Position numbers and translations under genes: made by a program. Under the pieces are notes generated by a model. It was not told the DNA's origin. It made no database searches and saw only the letters and a list, made by a program, of their open reading frames with translations. From Treponemataceae bacterium (lineage in GTDB: Bacteria > Spirochaetota > Spirochaetia > Treponematales > Rectinemataceae), in assembly GCA_963678065.2 (NCBI GenBank), contig CAXXVZ010000003.1, positions 1,728,001 through 1,792,000 on the forward strand: a DNA stretch of 64,000 nt, given 5' to 3'. Positions 59,842 to 64,000 of the stretch are shown piece after piece. Position 1 is the first letter of the stretch; each line of letters opens with the position of its first letter.

Positions 59842-61881
59842 TCAGACCTTGCGGGCAGTCCGCCTGATCGCGTCGAACAGTGATGCGTGGGGACTCGCCG
59901 CCCGGTAGAATACCGCCGGATATCCGAATGGCGTCTCGATGCTGAGATCTCCGCCGGAGAAATGGCGTGAGGACCACATGTGGACCCACTCGTCCTCGGG
60001 AAGACGGAGGCTCGTCGAACCGCTCTTCTCGTCGAGAACCGGCGCCACAAGGATATCCCTCCCATAGAGGTATTGAAAGGGATGTTCGTGCAGTTTCCCG
60101 TCATTTTCGTAGTGGATGAAGGGGTGTCGGATCGGCGGCAGACCGAAAAGCCGGTATTCCTCGGTGACAACCCTGTGGTATGGCTTGAGGGCCCCATATA
60201 TCTCCGAAGAGCGGGCGAGCAGAGCAAGCATGGTGGGATCGGACCAGAACTGGGCGTTCCTGTCAGGCCTGTCGCCTTCGTGGGTCCGGAATACCGGCGT
60301 GAAGGCGGCTATCTCCATCCAGCGGGCGAGGCAGCGTGGGCTTCGCTTGAGCCAGGCTACCGCCTTGTAGCCGCCGACGTCGGAGTGCCAGAAGGCGATC
60401 CCGGAAAAACCCATGGAGAGCGAGGCGGGAATGACGGAGGGCAGGCCCTCGCTCCTGGAGAAATTGACGAGCTGGTCGCCCGCCCAGACTCCATTGGCCT
60501 CGCGGGAAGTCCCGAGCCAGCCGGAGCGCACGAAAAAGACGATATCCTTGGCTGAGCGCGGGCGCCCGTCAGGCCCCTCGCTGCCCGCCACCGACCACTC
60601 GGCGATGGCTTCGCGGTTGAGGGCGGCCCAGAGGACAGGCCAGCGGTTGTGCGCCAGCTTCGCGTCCTCTCCCGAATGGAGGACGGCGTCCGCGGGCAGG
60701 TATTCGCCGGAATCGGCCATCCATCCGGAGATGCCGAGATCCAGCATCTCGGTGCGGATGATGTTCTTGTACCAGCGCCGGGCGTGGGGATGGGTGAGGT
60801 CGATCATGGCGGCGGGGAAGCCTGTCGCCTCGGCGAGGTAATCGCTTCCGTCGGGCTTTTTCACGCAATAGCCGCGCGACGAAGCTTCCTTGTACTGTTC
60901 GCCGTCCGCCGCGAGAAAGGGATTTATGTAGCCGAGGAAGCGTATGCCGCGATCCCGCAGGCTCCTGATCCCTTCCCCGAGGCCAGGATACAGGCTCCTG
61001 TCATAGCTCCAGTTCCACACAGGCTCTCGGCCGCGGGAGCTCTCCCTCGCGCCGCACCAGTCCCGGACCCAGACGGCCCCGACCGCGGCGCCGGCCTTCA
61101 GCGCCGCGTCGACCTTGCCCAGAATGGCATCCATGCCGCCCTGGACTCCGAGCCAGGCCCCGTCGTAGACCCAGTCGGGAGGAGCGCTCTGGCGGCCAAG
61201 CTCCGAGCTGAGGGCGGACATGATCTTCGGCATCTCGCGGCCGAAACCCATGGCGATGGACGTGGGTACGCCCCAGCACTCCACAGCGGTCAGGGTTTTG
61301 CCGAAACCGAAGGTCGTATGGGCGGCCGTGTCGACGACGGCCCAATAATTCATGGAAGAAACGTAGATGGGAGCGGGAAAGCACGTCGTATGCCAGTTTC
61401 CGCCCGCCCCGCCGCCGGGCCTGGTGGCGAGCGCGATGAGGTCTCGCCCTCGGCCGGGGTCCCGCTCCTCGACCCAGAGCGGCACCTTCCGCCCTTTCAG
61501 GTCGAGTCTGGAACACTGCTCGCCGCAGCCGTAAATCCGCTCTTTCGGGTGGGCGCCGAGCCTGATCCTGAAATGGTTGATGCCGGGGTCGGCGCAGGAA
61601 AAGGACATCCGCAGGACACCCTTCTCGTAGGTGACCGTCATGAGGAGGAGTCCCCCGAAGTCGACGACGGTCCTGTCCGCGCCCCGGTATCGGAGGCTGA
61701 AGGGGCCAAGTTTTTTCGGGACCGCGCGGCGCGTCTTCAGGGCAAAGGCTCCGCGGTTCTGCCTGACGCGGTGCTCCGCCGTGGCAAGCTCGACGCAGGG
61801 GCTTCTGTGCGTGTGCCTGAGCACCCGCCGACCCTCTACCGTCAATATGAACCCATCGCGCGCGGTCTCGAACGATATCAC
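59842..61881 (-). CDS. GH31 alpha-glycosidase, YihQ/sulfoquinovosidase-like
   Basis: YGCGEQ, FLGYINP, GWMAD.GEY, WAGDQ, SD.GGY, RTHEG. Confidence 0.82.
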   Translation of the reverse strand: MISFETARDGFILTVEGRRVLRHTHRSPCVELATAEHRVRQNRGAFALKTRRAVPKKLGPFSLRYRGADRTVVDFGGLLLMTVTYEKGVLRMSFSCADPGINHFRIRLGAHPKERIYGCGEQCSRLDLKGRKVPLWVEERDPGRGRDLIALATRPGGGAGGNWHTTCFPAPIYVSSMNYWAVVDTAAHTTFGFGKTLTAVECWGVPTSIAMGFGREMPKIMSALSSELGRQSAPPDWVYDGAWLGVQGGMDAILGKVDAALKAGAAVGAVWVRDWCGARESSRGREPVWNWSYDRSLYPGLGEGIRSLRDRGIRFLGYINPFLAADGEQYKEASSRGYCVKKPDGSDYLAEATGFPAAMIDLTHPHARRWYKNIIRTEMLDLGISGWMADSGEYLPADAVLHSGEDAKLAHNRWPVLWAALNREAIAEWSVAGSEGPDGRPRSAKDIVFFVRSGWLGTSREANGVWAGDQLVNFSRSEGLPSVIPASLSMGFSGIAFWHSDVGGYKAVAWLKRSPRCLARWMEIAAFTPVFRTHEGDRPDRNAQFWSDPTMLALLARSSEIYGALKPYHRVVTEEYRLFGLPPIRHPFIHYENDGKLHEHPFQYLYGRDILVAPVLDEKSGSTSLRLPEDEWVHMWSSRHFSGGDLSIETPFGYPAVFYRAASPHASLFDAIRRTARKV

Positions 61882-63194
61882 TCAAAAACCTCCCAGCCGG
61901 CGATCTTCGCTGCGATCCTGAACGGCTCGATGAAGGAACCATACACGACAGAGGCGTGATGCGCAATTCCGTTGTCGACGACGACGGAGAGGACATCTTT
62001 GACGTGCCTGTCGAATTTGGCCTTCATGTAGGTGCCCCGGAGGTCCTTGGTCATGGGAACGGCCGTCGCCTTCTGGAGAAAGAGCCTGTATTCGCCGTCC
62101 GCCGAGTCGATGCGGAGGATGGAGAGCTCGCCCGACTTGAGAACGAAGTCGGCGGTGACGCCCTTCCCGCCCGCGAAGTAGGTGTCGAGGGAGCGCACGC
62201 AGTTCCCGTCCCAGAGGTTGCAGGGAGCGACGCCGCAGTGCCAGAAGAGGGCGGAATCGTCCTCGAAATCGACCTGGGAGAAATCGAAGAGGAAGGGAGT
62301 CTCGGCGCCTACCGCCTTGTGCATGAGCATGGACAGCGCGCCCTCGACATCGCCCTCGCAGGCGACGATGCGGCCTTCGGACTGCAGAAGGCTCATGGCA
62401 GCGCAGGGGCTGATGCCGTACTGGCCCGCGAACTCGGGCCAGCAGCGGATGGCGAGGGCGTCGAGTTTATTCCTGTCGAGGAAATTCTTGAGCTTGACGG
62501 CGAGGGTCGCGACCTTGTCGAGCTGCGCGTCGTTTATGCCCGAGCAGTCGAATACTTGTCTGTACTCGGCGCGGCGGGCGGCGATATCGGCCCCGGCGGC
62601 CTCGAAGTTCCAGATGTCGTCGAGTTCGTAGTGGTCCAGAAGCACGCCCGTCTCGCGGTAGAGCGAGAGGTCGGCGAAACTGAGGTTGAAGAACCCGTGG
62701 GCCCGGTAGCCCGCGATGCCGATGTGGGAGGAGCGGAGAACCGCGAGGATGCGGATCGCGTCGACCCAGTCGGTGTCGACGTCGGAGCGCACGACGGCGC
62801 GGTAGTTGCGGATGCCGGATTTGTAGAGATTGGAAGCGTTGAGGTTGACGCCGCAGACCGAGTTGAGCCTGATCTTGCCGCCGTTGTAGGGAAGCTCCGG
62901 GAGCCCCCAGAGGAGCATGGGCCGGCGGACGGTCTTCGCTATCTCGAGGGCGAGGTGGCCCAGGTGGAAGGTTCCGGAAATTATCATGACGCCGTCGACA
63001 TTGGCCCTGACGAGGGCTTCGGCGGCGGCCCTGGCCTCGTCGACCTCGAAGACGAGGTCCTCGATGGCCGTCAGTTCGACGGCAGGAAGAGCCTCCAGCT
63101 GCTCTCTGATGCCCACCCAGAGTTCCTTCGCGGCGTTGAAATCGAAAGTCGTCCGCGCAAGACAGACTGCGCCCAGACGTATCGTGTGTTTCAT
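61878..63194 (-). CDS. L-fucose/L-arabinose isomerase-family protein
   Basis: NSVCG, AIRCWPEF, ACEGD, WHCG, GIAHH. Confidence 0.8.
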   Translation of the reverse strand: MKHTIRLGAVCLARTTFDFNAAKELWVGIREQLEALPAVELTAIEDLVFEVDEARAAAEALVRANVDGVMIISGTFHLGHLALEIAKTVRRPMLLWGLPELPYNGGKIRLNSVCGVNLNASNLYKSGIRNYRAVVRSDVDTDWVDAIRILAVLRSSHIGIAGYRAHGFFNLSFADLSLYRETGVLLDHYELDDIWNFEAAGADIAARRAEYRQVFDCSGINDAQLDKVATLAVKLKNFLDRNKLDALAIRCWPEFAGQYGISPCAAMSLLQSEGRIVACEGDVEGALSMLMHKAVGAETPFLFDFSQVDFEDDSALFWHCGVAPCNLWDGNCVRSLDTYFAGGKGVTADFVLKSGELSILRIDSADGEYRLFLQKATAVPMTKDLRGTYMKAKFDRHVKDVLSVVVDNGIAHHASVVYGSFIEPFRIAAKIAGWEVFE

Positions 63195-63329
63195 TGCGAT
63201 CCTCCTCGTGCCTGCGGGGCAAAGAGACTTCGCCGGATATCTGATCCGATCCAGCTCTCTCTTTTTCCCCTGCCCGATGACGCGGGCATTTTTTTCACAT
63301 ACTAAGTAAATCACGAAGCGACAAAGCTG

Positions 63330-64000
63330 TCAACGAAAGACGGCCTGGGCGGGCCGGAATGTACTGCCCGCCCCGCTCTTCCCGCGGTTGAGCCCGAAAA
63401 CAGACTCCGCATCCAATGAGGGTAGGCACAGCTTCCCTGCTTCGCGAGCCGCGGAAACGGCGGTTCCGCAGACGAGGATTGCGGCGCCCGGCTGCGGAAG
63501 CGGCATCGCCCCGGCCTCCGCCTCTTTCGGCAGGAAAACATCGAAGAGCCCGGCTTCGTCCTCGAGGCGCAGCGCCGGCCGGGAGCGCCATCGTGTTCCG
63601 TCTTCCCCGGCATCGCTCCCGGCGACGAATCGCGCGATCACGGTCCCGGCCACACAGATCCGCAGACCTGCGAGTCCTGAGATACCCGAACTCGGCACGA
63701 GATCCGGAAGACCCGTGCGTCCGGCCATATCCTTTGCCCTTTGGACAAAGAGGGAGGCGGGGACGCACGAGACGATGACTCCGAGATACCGGAACTCATC
63801 GGCGAGCCGCGCGTGGCAGCCGTAGTCCCCGATGAAGGCGGGCGCTGCGGGAAAGGTTTCGGGAAAGGCCCGCGCCCGCAGGTCCGCCGTACCTATCCGC
63901 GCCGGGAGCACGAGGTGATGGAGAGCCCAGAGCGCCTGCGGCCTCGTGAGGAGAACTCCGCCCGGAAAGGCCGGAAGCCCGTCGAGGCAACCCGAGCGCG
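63330..64000 (-). CDS. Probable 3' end of a divergent DNA polymerase III alpha-like (OB-fold) gene, likely extending beyond the window
   Basis: E.RYLG..VS..P, VAGTVI, L.LEDE.G.FDV resemble the DnaE C-terminus; frame upstream of 63911 not resolved. Confidence 0.4.
   Translation of the reverse strand, partial: RSGCLDGLPAFPGGVLLTRPQALWALHHLVLPARIGTADLRARAFPETFPAAPAFIGDYGCHARLADEFRYLGVIVSCVPASLFVQRAKDMAGRTGLPDLVPSSGISGLAGLRICVAGTVIARFVAGSDAGEDGTRWRSRPALRLEDEAGLFDVFLPKEAEAGAMPLPQPGAAILVCGTAVSAAREAGKLCLPSLDAESVFGLNRGKSGAGSTFRPAQAVFR

Overview
GC-rich bacterial chromosomal window, probably Spirochaetota (inferred from the DUF3798 gene and the carD-ispDF pairing; not proven). (1) 108-18912: tandem array of eight ~630-640 aa secreted serine alpha/beta-hydrolase paralogs with mosaic relationships and an apparently degenerate second hydrolase domain. 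The array is interrupted by an IS110 element inserted into the Shine-Dalgarno site of the fifth copy. Its left end folds into a candidate bridge RNA whose guides match the donor junction and a ribosome-binding-site target, and that RNA is split by a nested IS3. An IS629-like remnant marks the right edge of the array. (2) 19.5-26 kb: galactofuranose-type ABC transporter with a divergent LacI regulator. (3) 26-29 kb: patch of decayed genes. (4) 29-64 kb: Crp regulator, aminopeptidase P, GH127/AraC, beta-propeller two-component system, peptide ABC plus CocE/NonD, DUF3798, DTW, MarR/MATE, pxpA/pxpBC with D-glutamate-cyclase-like genes, carD-ispDF, YihQ-like GH31 and a sugar isomerase. No rRNA, tRNA or CRISPR was seen. 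All calls come from motif recognition by eye; no database searches were run.
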